From Candidatus Poribacteria bacterium (GTDB lineage Bacteria; Poribacteria; WGA-4E; WGA-3G), in contig CAXXUA010000003.1 of the NCBI GenBank assembly GCA_963663765.2, positions 46,042 to 110,041 of the forward strand: 64,000 nt of DNA, given 5' to 3'. A program made the position numbers and the translations under genes. The notes under the pieces were generated by a model. That model was not told the origin of the DNA and did not search any database. It saw only the letters and a program-made list of their open reading frames with translations. The first letter of the stretch is position 1; every line of letters starts with the position of its first letter. Shown one piece after another: positions 19,195 through 28,393 of the stretch.

Positions 19195-21282
19195 ATGAAA
19201 AATTACTGTTTTATGTTCATCATATTCATAGTTTCGGTTACCTATGCATATAGTGACGCTGTGACAATACCGGATGCCAACTTAACCGCCGCTGTGCGTA
19301 AAGCACTTGATTTAGGTCCAACGGATCCTATTCTGCAAAGTGAATTGGAAGAATTGGAGATGCTGCATGCCTATAAAAAAGAGATAAAAGACCTAACAGG
19401 ACTGGAAAAAGCAACAGGATTAACGATCATAAATTTGCGCGAAAATCAAATCAGTGATCTCTCGCCACTCACTAAGTTGACAAAATTGACAGTACTAAAC
19501 CTCATGGAAAATCAAATCAGTGATATCATGCCACTCACTAAGTTGATACAGTTAAAGAAATTATACCTATCGGATAACCAAATCAGTGACATCACGCTGT
19601 TCACTAAGTTGACACAGTTGACAGAACTACATCTCATGGATAATCAAATCAGTGATATCACACCGATTGCTAAGTTGACACAGTTGACAGAACTACATCT
19701 CGCGAATAATCAAATCAATGATATCACACCGATTGCTAAGTTAACGCAACTGAAAGAGTTATGGCTCAATAACAATCAAATCAGTGACATTACACCGATT
19801 GCTAAGTTGACAAAGTTGACATTATTATCTCTTGATCGTAATCAAATCAGTAATATCACACCGATTTCTGGTTTAACAGAGCTCACAACACTGTGGCTAC
19901 ACAGAAATCAGATCAGCGACATTACTCCCGTTGAAAATTTAACAGGTTTAACGCGCTTAACTGTCAAAGGAAATCCAATTCAGGATATAGAACCACTTCA
20001 GAGGTTACTGACACGACTCCCGAATTTGAGATCAGATATTCAGGTAGGTGCCCCGGACCCTACAATTCCTGATCGCAACTTAGCCAACGTTGTCCGTGAG
20101 GCACTCCGTCTGGGACGCAACGACATTATTCCACCAGAGAAGTTGGAAAAATTAGAGCAGTTGCATGCCTATAACAAAGGCATAAAAGACCTAACAGGAC
20201 TGGAAAAAGCAACCAGTTTAATGACTTTACAACTTCGCAAGAATCAAATTAGTGATCTCACACCGCTTAGTGAATTAACGAAATTAACAGGATTGTACCT
20301 CAAGGAAAATCAAATCAGTGATCTCACACCGCTCAGTGGATTAACAAAGTTAACAGAACTATCCCTCGGTGAAAACCAGATCAGCGACATAAAACCAATT
20401 GCCAACTTGAAACAGATAACAAAGTTATGGCTCTGGGGAAATCAGATTAGTGATATAATACCAATCAGTGGGTTGACGCAATTGTCTGAGTTGTGGCTGA
20501 GTGAAAATCAGATCAACGACATAAAATCGATCAAAAATTTGACGCAGTTGACAACGTTACGCCTTCATGAAAATCAGATCAATGACATCACACCTCTAAC
20601 AGAATTGGTTTCGTTAGTAGAGTTAAATATCGGAGGTAATTTAATTGACGATATAAAACCGCTTGCTGAATTAAATCTACTGACAAAGTTATGGGTTTGG
20701 CGGAATCAAATCAGTGACATTACCCCACTCAAGGATCTAACGCAATTAACCCACTTATATCTTAGGGATAATCAGATTAGTGACATCACACAACTCACTA
20801 AATTGAAGCGATTAGTGGCGTTAAATCTACAAAGGAATCAGATTAGTGACATCGCACCACTCGCGGGGTTAACGGAGATGACAGATTTAGCACTCGGTGG
20901 GAATGAAATTAGTGACATCACACCACTCGCTGGCATGAAACAATTGGCTTGGATATGGATTTGGGGAAACCGTATTACTGACATTACACCACTTGCTAAG
21001 TTAACACAATTGACAATATTGCATCTTAACAGAAACCAAATCAGCGACATAAAACCGCTTGCTGGATTAACAAAATTAAAAGAATTAGTGCTCTCTGCTA
21101 ATCAAATCAGTGATTTTAGCTATACTAAAAACCTTACAAATCTAAACCGGTTAACTGTAGGACAAAATCCAATTCAGGATATGGAACCACTCAAAAAACT
21201 CTTGAAACAGATTCCAGACTTAAAATTGGATATCCCAGCACCAGTGGAACTGAATATTCAACCACCACCTGCAAACAGGTAA
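19195..21282 (+). CDS. LRR surface protein, two-module
   Basis: 695 aa with a signal peptide. Cap IPDANLTAAVRKALDLG is repeated mid-protein as IPDRNLANVVREALRLG. NQISDITP repeats throughout. Caps NPIQDIEPLQRLL and NPIQDMEPLKKLL. Confidence 0.85.
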   Translation: MKNYCFMFIIFIVSVTYAYSDAVTIPDANLTAAVRKALDLGPTDPILQSELEELEMLHAYKKEIKDLTGLEKATGLTIINLRENQISDLSPLTKLTKLTVLNLMENQISDIMPLTKLIQLKKLYLSDNQISDITLFTKLTQLTELHLMDNQISDITPIAKLTQLTELHLANNQINDITPIAKLTQLKELWLNNNQISDITPIAKLTKLTLLSLDRNQISNITPISGLTELTTLWLHRNQISDITPVENLTGLTRLTVKGNPIQDIEPLQRLLTRLPNLRSDIQVGAPDPTIPDRNLANVVREALRLGRNDIIPPEKLEKLEQLHAYNKGIKDLTGLEKATSLMTLQLRKNQISDLTPLSELTKLTGLYLKENQISDLTPLSGLTKLTELSLGENQISDIKPIANLKQITKLWLWGNQISDIIPISGLTQLSELWLSENQINDIKSIKNLTQLTTLRLHENQINDITPLTELVSLVELNIGGNLIDDIKPLAELNLLTKLWVWRNQISDITPLKDLTQLTHLYLRDNQISDITQLTKLKRLVALNLQRNQISDIAPLAGLTEMTDLALGGNEISDITPLAGMKQLAWIWIWGNRITDITPLAKLTQLTILHLNRNQISDIKPLAGLTKLKELVLSANQISDFSYTKNLTNLNRLTVGQNPIQDMEPLKKLLKQIPDLKLDIPAPVELNIQPPPANR

Positions 21283-21333
21283 AGCGTAGCAATGCCCCAA
21301 ATAGGCAGCAGACATTGCAAAAGGAGATAAACA

Positions 21334-22812
21334 ATGGACCCGATTAAGGAATATTTGAAACTTGAAACACGTCGTCAGTTCTTCGGCAAATGTGCGATGG
21401 GACTCGGTGGTGCAGCCCTTACCTCACTGCTGCCAAATAGCATAGCAAATGCTCTTGAACAGCAAGCAGGCACAAAGTTTGGCGGTTTACCAGAACTACC
21501 ACACTTTGCACCGAAAGCAAAACGTGCAATCTATCTATTTATGTCCGGTGCGCCCTCACAGATGGACATGTTTGACTATAAACCGCAGATGGGTGAATGG
21601 TTTGATAAAGACCTGCCAGAAACGGTACGGATGGGACAACGTCTTACAACGATGACCTCCGGACAAAAACGTTTTCCAATTGCCCCATCTATCTTTGAAT
21701 TCAAACAGCATGATAATGGTAATGAGGGTGTATGGCTTAGCGAGTTGCTACCGCATACCGCAACTATGGTCAAAGACATCGCAATTGTAAAATCGTTACA
21801 CACCGATGCGATTAACCACGATCCTGCTATTACCTTTGTTTGCACAGGTGATGAAACACCCGGCAAACCGAGCCTCGGTGCATGGCTCAGTTATGGGTTA
21901 GGCACGGAAAACAAAAATTTGCCATCCTTTATTGTGATGAATGCGACTTGGACAGGTAGGAAGTCAGCCCAAGCATTATATAACAGACTTTGGGGTTCGG
22001 GATTCCTACCTTCCGAGCATCAAGGTGTGCTGCTTCGTAGTCAAGGCGATCCAGTGCTGTTTCTGTCAAATCCGAAAGGTATGAGTGAAAAGTCGCGCAA
22101 ACGCATGCTTGACTCTCTGGTCAAACTGAACGAAGAACTATACGAGGAAGTGGGTGATCCTGAAACACATGCACGTATCACACAATATGAGATGGCATTC
22201 CGCATGCAGTCCTCTGTGCCGGAACTTACGGATTTGAATCAGGAACCGGATAAAGTCAAGGAGATGTACGGTCCCGATGTCAACAAACCTGGTACATTTG
22301 CACACTGTTGTATCCTTGCACGCCGGATGATGGAACGTGATGTCCGTCTCGTTCAAATTTTCCATCGCGGTTGGGACCAGCACGGCAACCTCCCGAATGA
22401 CATTCGGAACCAATGCCGTGATATTGACCAACCGGCAACAGCACTCGTCCAAGACCTGAAACAGCGCGGCATGCTTGATGAAACACTTGTTGTTTGGGGT
22501 GGTGAATTTGGTCGGACTGTTTACTGTCAAGGTGCACTCAAAAAAGATAACTACGGACGTGATCATCACCCGAAGTGCTTCACGCTTTGGATGGCAGGTG
22601 GAGGTATAAAAGGTGGAATCGTTCACGGTGAAACAGATGACTTCAGTTACAACATCGTCAAAGACCCAGTTTCGGTGCGCGACCTAAACGCTACGATACT
22701 TAATCAACTCGGTATTGATCACGAAAGGTTGACCTACAAGTTTCAAGGACTTGACCATCGGTTGACTGGTGTTGAGGAAAAAGCGCGGGTTGTCAACGAA
22801 ATATTGGCATAA
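21334..22812 (+). CDS. DUF1501 family protein (paralog of 17367..18845)
   Basis: 492 aa, collinear with the first copy and identical at roughly nine in ten residues by eye. It has the same Tat leader. Confidence 0.85.
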   Translation: MDPIKEYLKLETRRQFFGKCAMGLGGAALTSLLPNSIANALEQQAGTKFGGLPELPHFAPKAKRAIYLFMSGAPSQMDMFDYKPQMGEWFDKDLPETVRMGQRLTTMTSGQKRFPIAPSIFEFKQHDNGNEGVWLSELLPHTATMVKDIAIVKSLHTDAINHDPAITFVCTGDETPGKPSLGAWLSYGLGTENKNLPSFIVMNATWTGRKSAQALYNRLWGSGFLPSEHQGVLLRSQGDPVLFLSNPKGMSEKSRKRMLDSLVKLNEELYEEVGDPETHARITQYEMAFRMQSSVPELTDLNQEPDKVKEMYGPDVNKPGTFAHCCILARRMMERDVRLVQIFHRGWDQHGNLPNDIRNQCRDIDQPATALVQDLKQRGMLDETLVVWGGEFGRTVYCQGALKKDNYGRDHHPKCFTLWMAGGGIKGGIVHGETDDFSYNIVKDPVSVRDLNATILNQLGIDHERLTYKFQGLDHRLTGVEEKARVVNEILA

Positions 22813-22961
22813 CCTAAGCATTACGGGTTGGCGTGTTCTGTAAGTGTGACATCTAAAAAAAGTTGAACTGCTGTATTTCTATCTCTGTCTAAATACATAA
22901 CTTTTGCTTCTACATTTTTTAGATGTATGGAGTTCACATGCAAGTCTACCATGGCACTGAA

Positions 22962-23150
22962 CAGGGTTATTCAGTTTTCAATATTTTTGATAATATTTTG
23001 CTATGTCGTTAATTTTGTGTGATACCATCTTGTCCATGTCTTTAGTCCCATAGGGACGATATGTTTATAGAAAATGTTTTCTACCCCAATAAAGTTCCAT
23101 AGGAACGACATAGAAGAATAAACATATCGTCTCTACGGCACTAAAGATGA
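22962..23150. mobile_element. MITE family B, truncated copy (left TIR only)
   Basis: It begins with cagggttattcagttttcaatatttttg and carries the gtagggacgatatg modules. The right part is replaced by a caggacttacgca... element (23155-23360). Confidence 0.5.
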
Positions 23151-23437
23151 TGTACTCAGGACTTACGCAGTTTTCATGATTTGATCAAGAATTATGACGA
23201 AAATGGTGTAATTTTCAGCATTTTTTCGGTTTCCGGCGCCAAATCAACGGTATGAATGCCTTTTGGCATTCCCCGCCTACAAAGCGCCAAATCAAGAAAT
23301 CAACGGTATGAATGCCATTTAGGCATTCCCCGCCTACCGTTGGGTGCGTAAGTCCTGATAATGTTATTATTTTTACCATTGATTTGAATTAGTATAGTCA
23401 TAGATTTTCACGAATATGAAAATGAACAGGAGATGTA

Positions 23438-24295
23438 ATGAACACACAATCAACGCCACAAGAACAGGGTTTTCGCTTGAGCACAGATGAACTTTCATTT
23501 TGGAACGAAAACGGGTATCTCGTCCGTTTAGCTGTATTTAACGTTGAAGAAAATGACGCACTCCGTCAAGTTGCTGAAGATGTTGTTGACGGTAAACGTC
23601 CATTTCCGTCCGCACACATTGATCAGAACGCTCTTGTGAGAGATGGCAAGATTGAAGAACAAGGCATTTATGCGATGCACAAAATCCATCATCCGAGTTG
23701 TTTTATCCCCGAATTCCTTGCCCGTGTGCGTGATCCGCGTTTAACTGACCCACTTGTTGATTTGATGGGACCAGATATACTCGGAATCAACAATCTATTT
23801 ATCTGGAAAGCACCTAAGATTGGTCTCGGTTTTCCTTGGCATCAAGACAAATTTTATTTTCGGAATAGATTTAATACGGAAACAACCATCGGGACGTGGA
23901 CAGCGATTGACCCTGCGGATCGGGAAAACGGGTGTTTATATGTTATCCCCGGTAGCCATAAACACGATATTTATATCCATGATGATCTTGAAGGTTCACA
24001 ACAACGGGAATTTAAGTTGGCACGCGATGCACGCGATGAAGATGGCGTTGCAGTTGAAGTGCCACCCGGCTCAGTTGTCTGGTTTCACAGTCATCTCCTT
24101 CATAAGAGCACGGACAACCACAGTCTGCGGTTTCGACGTAGTTACGTTTCGCATTACCTGAGCGCACAAGCAGAATGGGCAAATCACAACGGTTCGTATA
24201 AAGGACAGCCGATAATGTGGATTCGCGGTAAAACCTATCCTGATAAGGTGCATGAAGTTCAACGCGAAGTGTTACCTGTTCCTGAAGAAGAATGA
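23438..24295 (+). CDS. phytanoyl-CoA dioxygenase (PhyH) family Fe(II)/2OG oxygenase
   Basis: HxD in FPWHQDKFYF and a distal His in WFHSHLLHKS. Length 285 aa. Ends in TGA. Confidence 0.75.
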   Translation: MNTQSTPQEQGFRLSTDELSFWNENGYLVRLAVFNVEENDALRQVAEDVVDGKRPFPSAHIDQNALVRDGKIEEQGIYAMHKIHHPSCFIPEFLARVRDPRLTDPLVDLMGPDILGINNLFIWKAPKIGLGFPWHQDKFYFRNRFNTETTIGTWTAIDPADRENGCLYVIPGSHKHDIYIHDDLEGSQQREFKLARDARDEDGVAVEVPPGSVVWFHSHLLHKSTDNHSLRFRRSYVSHYLSAQAEWANHNGSYKGQPIMWIRGKTYPDKVHEVQREVLPVPEEE

Positions 24296-24329
24296 TGTTC
24301 TATGAATTCTCACACAGATTGAATTATAA

Positions 24330-25496
24330 TTGAGAAAGATGAAAAAACTAAAAGCAGTTGTTGTTGGTGCAGGCTGGTCTGCGGAGGGTCACACAAAGGC
24401 GTTTCAGCATTACGGTGTTGAGGTGCTTGCTATCTGTGCGCGCAAACCAGAGATTGTGCAAAAAGTTGCACATAGATTAGGTGTGCCTGACGCTTCAATT
24501 GATTGGCGAAAGAGTCTGTTGGAACATAAACCAGATATCGTCGCGCTCACAACGCCTGCTATTTTGAGAACAGAAGTCATTGAGTTAGCAGTAGAACTCG
24601 GTTGTCATATCTTATGTGAGAAACCGTTGGCTCTAAACGCCGAAGCAGCAACTCATATTTACCACCTCATCAAAGACACAGACTTGAAACACGGCTTTGC
24701 TGCAACGCACCGATACGACCCCAGCGTTGCTTACATACGCCAACTACTGACACAGGAGAAGGTCATCGGAGATATAACTGCCGTTGATGTAGGATACACC
24801 CGCCGAATTCCTGGTCCCCCTTCAGATAAGGTTAAGCCGTGGAATTGGATGAGTTCTCTTTCACACGGTGGCGGCGTATTGAACAACGGACTTACACACC
24901 GACTCGGTATGTTGGAACGCATGACAGGTATGGAAGTTACCTCTGCAGTCGGTGAGGCGAAAATCTATCCGAGAAAAGCACCAGTCGTGCCAGAAATTCG
25001 AGACTGGCGGGTGTGGAGAAGCACAATGATCACTCGAGAAGAAGCATCAAAACTTGAGTGGCGAGAAACTGACGCTGAATGGGATTATTCTGCATTCTTC
25101 AAGTTAGGACATCCAAACGCTGATACTGACAATTCAATACTCGTGACGATGCACACTAATCCTGGAGTGCCATCACACAGACCCACCGGCGGTTGGTTCT
25201 TCTATGGAACACACGGCACACTTGTCGGGAGAGGTGGACACATCCTGCATCCTATCACTAAGCATTCGGGAGAGAAAGTTGTTGAGTTGAATGTTCCCCA
25301 AAATCTGATAGATGATCTACCCCAAATCGGTGACGAAATCCAAAATAAGTGGACTGCTCTCGTCCGTGATGTCCTTGCAGATATAAACGGAGAACGGCAT
25401 GAACCCTATTTGACGTTCTATGATGGGTGGCGATACCAAACCGCTATTGATGCTATACGGGCAAGCAAGGGCTGGGCGCAGATGTTACACACATAG
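24330..25496 (+). CDS. Gfo/Idh/MocA family oxidoreductase
   Basis: N-terminal Rossmann segment KAVVVGAGWSAEGH and the EKP motif (CEKPLA). The start could instead be the ATG at 24339. Confidence 0.8.
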   Translation: MRKMKKLKAVVVGAGWSAEGHTKAFQHYGVEVLAICARKPEIVQKVAHRLGVPDASIDWRKSLLEHKPDIVALTTPAILRTEVIELAVELGCHILCEKPLALNAEAATHIYHLIKDTDLKHGFAATHRYDPSVAYIRQLLTQEKVIGDITAVDVGYTRRIPGPPSDKVKPWNWMSSLSHGGGVLNNGLTHRLGMLERMTGMEVTSAVGEAKIYPRKAPVVPEIRDWRVWRSTMITREEASKLEWRETDAEWDYSAFFKLGHPNADTDNSILVTMHTNPGVPSHRPTGGWFFYGTHGTLVGRGGHILHPITKHSGEKVVELNVPQNLIDDLPQIGDEIQNKWTALVRDVLADINGERHEPYLTFYDGWRYQTAIDAIRASKGWAQMLHT

Positions 25497-25732
25497 CCGT
25501 GGCAGGCTTCGTTATAATACTTATTGTCTCATCCTTTTCTCAGGCTTATTTAGTTTTCAATATTTTTGATATTATTTTGCTATGTTACGACTTGTGCCAG
25601 TTAACCAAATGTTTTTATAGTTATCACATATATTAGGTTTATAATGCACACATATCGTCCCTAATGAAGATTAATTTATTAATCGGGTTATATAGTAAAA
25701 CTCGTAATTATTAGCACATGCTGCACGGAACG

Positions 25733-25956
25733 TAGGGGTTGGGTAACCCAACCCCATAGGCGTCAATTTAAGAAAAAAGTGTTAGCATTTCTCTTGTGGG
25801 AGGGGTTTTCAACCCCGATATGACAGAAGATCTACATAAAATCGGGGTTGAAAACCCCTCCCACAAGAGGTGAAAATCCTTAAGTTGAAAACCCCTCCCA
25901 CAAGAGGTGAAAACCCTTAAGTTGACGCTTATGGGGTTGGGTAACCCAACCCCTAC
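25733..25956. repeat. ~224-bp composite palindrome built from GTAG-headed hairpins
   Basis: gtaggggttgggtaacccaacccc...cttgtgggaggggttttcaaccccgat on the left is mirrored on the right by atcggggttgaaaacccctcccacaag...ggggttgggtaacccaacccctac. A second partial copy lies at 26385-26556. Confidence 0.85.
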
Positions 25957-26073
25957 AAACGTGTTATGTGAGATTCTATCGCGGAGTGTAAATATATTTT
26001 CGGATTCTACTATAATATCTTTCTCCAACGGTAGGCGTGCTTTGTAAGCGCGCTGGCACATCAAGTCCCCTCA

Positions 26074-26315
26074 GCGCGCTTACAAAGCACGCCTGCAGTT
26101 GGGGAGCGCGCTTACAAAGCACGCCTGCAGTTGGGGAGCGCGCTTACAAAGCACGCCTGCAGTTGGGGAGCGCGCTTACAAAACACGCCTGCAGTTGGGG
26201 AGCGCGCTTACAAAGCACGCCTGCAGTTGGGGAGCGCGCTTACAAAGCACGCCTGCAGTTGAGGAGCGCGCTTACAAAACACGCCTGCAGTTGGGGGGAG
26301 CGCTTACAAAGCACC
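26074..26315. repeat. 32-bp tandem array, ~7.5 copies (gcgcgcttacaaagcacgcctgcagttggggag)
   Basis: Unit starts at 26074, 26106, 26138, 26170 and onward. An inverted copy of the 21-bp core at 26031-26052 precedes the array. Confidence 0.9.
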
Positions 26316-26823
26316 AAATCAACGGTATGAATGCCATTTAGGCATTCCCCGCCTACCATCGGGGGCGCGCTTACAAAGCACCATAGGCGTTAATTTAAGA
26401 AAATATTGTTGTCATTTTTCTTGTGGGAGGGGTTTTCAACCCCGATTTGAGAGGAAAAGCGCATAAATTCGGGGTTGAAAACCCCTCCCACAAGAGGTCA
26501 AAATCCTTAAATTGACGCTTATGGGGTTGGGTAACCCAACCCCTACAAACGTGTTATGTGAGATTCTATCGTGGAGTGTAAATATATTTTCGGATTCTAC
26601 TATAATATCTTTCTCCAACGGTAGGCGTGCTTTGTAAGCGCGCTGGCACATCAAGTCCCCTCAGCGCGCTTACAAAGCACGCCTGCAGTTGGGGAGCGCG
26701 CTTACAAAACACGCCTACTATGGGGGAGCGCTTACAAAGCACCAAATCAACAGTATGAATGCCATTTAGGCATTCACCGCCTACCGTTGTGTGCGTAAGT
26801 CCTGCTTGGTTTCATTCAACTGA

Positions 26824-27980
26824 TACCAAATTAACGCGTGTCGTATTGTTTTTCCATTTTGCAAATCCACTGAAAACCGACGTGTGCCTGCACTTTCTTT
26901 TTGTTTTCGGAAAACCATTGACACCTTTTTACCAATACTTCTTCAAGTGCTGATAGTGTTGTCCAAACTTTATTCACAACCACCTCCCGCAACAGAGGCC
27001 ATAGGCGTTCAGCAGGTTGAAGTTCCGGTGTATACGGCGGTAAAAAAAATAACTCAATCCCTTGTGGGACTTCTAAACCTTTACCCGTATGAAAACCCGC
27101 ACGATCTAACAAGAGGATTATCTGTTTCTTGCCTTCCGGGTTCACATCACGAGCAAACTCTGCCAGCGCAAGGTTCATGATTTCAACACTCACACTCGGC
27201 ATCAGAAGCCAATAGGTCTCACCTGTCTGCGGACGGACAAAACCGAAACTATAGAGCCATTTATAGGCTGGACACACCGGGGCTACCGGTCTTTCACCTT
27301 GCTTCGCCCAGACACGCCGATGAACAGGTAATAAGCCTAAGCGCGTCTCGTCTTCTGCCCAAATCTCTACAGGTTTCTCCGGGTGCTGACTTTCAAGCGT
27401 AGCTACCCGATCCTTAAGTTTTTTTTTAAATGTTTGCTGTGCTTCGGGGGTTGCAGCAGCCTGATGTTGTGGACGAGGCGTTTGTAAAGTCCAACCGAGA
27501 CGCTTGAGATATTTCCAACCTGACACATTACTGACAGGACGCTGAAGGGTCTCAGATATCCACGCAGCTACCTTCGGACCTGTCCAAAGACCACCATCAG
27601 CAGGGGGCTCAGAAAGCACAGCTTCAAGTGCTGCTTGCTGTTTCTCATCCAAAAAACGCTTGCCTTTATTGTTTTTGCGTTTATCTTGTAGAGCTGTTTC
27701 CCCTTCTGCATTATAGCGTTTGAGCAACTTGCGAACCCAGTCCGGAGTGCATCCTACAATCTCAGCAACTTCGCGGGGTGTGCGTGGATGTGTCGTATCA
27801 GCAAGAAGCCAAATAATATGCCAATGCGTCCGTTCCCGATGACATTTACATTCAAGATACCTTTGTCTAAGAACTTCTACTGGAAAGTGAGGGAGAACCT
27901 CATGTTTTTTCTTTTTCATCTGTTCACAATAGCATATTTTCAAAAAAATATAAACAAGAACTATTCCGTTAATACGGTAT
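26824..27980 (-). mobile_element. IS630/Tc1-mariner family insertion sequence (boundaries approximate)
   Basis: Single transposase ORF. Candidate imperfect TIRs ataccaaattaacg (26824) and cgttaatacggtat (27966). Confidence 0.55.
26831..27919 (-). CDS. IS630 family transposase
   Basis: N-terminal HTH region, then a DDE_3-like triad context: IWAEDETRLGL, LLLDRAGFH, PPYTPELQPAERLW. I prefer the start MKKKKHEV at 27919. Confidence 0.85.
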   Translation of the reverse strand: MKKKKHEVLPHFPVEVLRQRYLECKCHRERTHWHIIWLLADTTHPRTPREVAEIVGCTPDWVRKLLKRYNAEGETALQDKRKNNKGKRFLDEKQQAALEAVLSEPPADGGLWTGPKVAAWISETLQRPVSNVSGWKYLKRLGWTLQTPRPQHQAAATPEAQQTFKKKLKDRVATLESQHPEKPVEIWAEDETRLGLLPVHRRVWAKQGERPVAPVCPAYKWLYSFGFVRPQTGETYWLLMPSVSVEIMNLALAEFARDVNPEGKKQIILLLDRAGFHTGKGLEVPQGIELFFLPPYTPELQPAERLWPLLREVVVNKVWTTLSALEEVLVKRCQWFSENKKKVQAHVGFQWICKMEKQYDTR

Positions 27981-28300
27981 GAGATAATCCGCACCATCTT
28001 TATAATCCGACAGATCATGCAGAGTACTCGTCAATACCATACGCGTATTTAGCAGGTATTTCAAGTATACTGCAACGGGAGTTCAACATTGATTTGTTGG
28101 TAAGCCAAAATCTGATATTCTGACATAAGTGGTGTCCTGATCTCTGATTACACGGATTTTGTGGAATAGTCTTCTTATTTGCGGACGTTCCCATCCAGTG
28201 AAAAACACCTTGAAATATCAAACAAAAAATCTGTGCACTCCGCGTAATCCGCGATTCAGACAATTCCAGAAACTTTACCCACCCACACCAAAATCAATTG

Positions 28301-28329
28301 TTGACAGAATATGTGAATGAAAATATAAT
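28301..28329 (+). promoter_or_regulatory. perfect consensus sigma70 promoter TTGACA-17-TATAAT
   Basis: ttgaca at 28301-28306, a 17-nt spacer, tataat at 28324-28329. It lies ~65 nt upstream of the ATG at 28394, which has an aagga RBS. Confidence 0.7.
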
Positions 28330-28393
28330 TGTCATTGGAAGTGCCGTAATTAGTCCAACAAGCCACGACTTACTATATGTTCAAGGATTCCTT

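Noticed and set aside
26074-26315. Possible CRISPR arrays at the regular 32-bp (11377-11555, 26074-26315), 40-bp (36755-37060), 49-bp (12148-12360) and 53-bp (61478-61760) repeats
   Set aside because: The sequence between the conserved cores is itself repeated identically or nearly so, so there are no unique spacers. The periods are too short for repeat plus spacer. No cas genes or leader are present. The units are GTAG-headed hairpin modules shared with dispersed copies.
26824-27980. Precise TIRs and a TA target duplication for the IS630 element
   Set aside because: Only a 12-of-14 imperfect inverted match could be found, and the flanks are themselves repeat modules. The boundaries are therefore given as approximate and no TSD is claimed.
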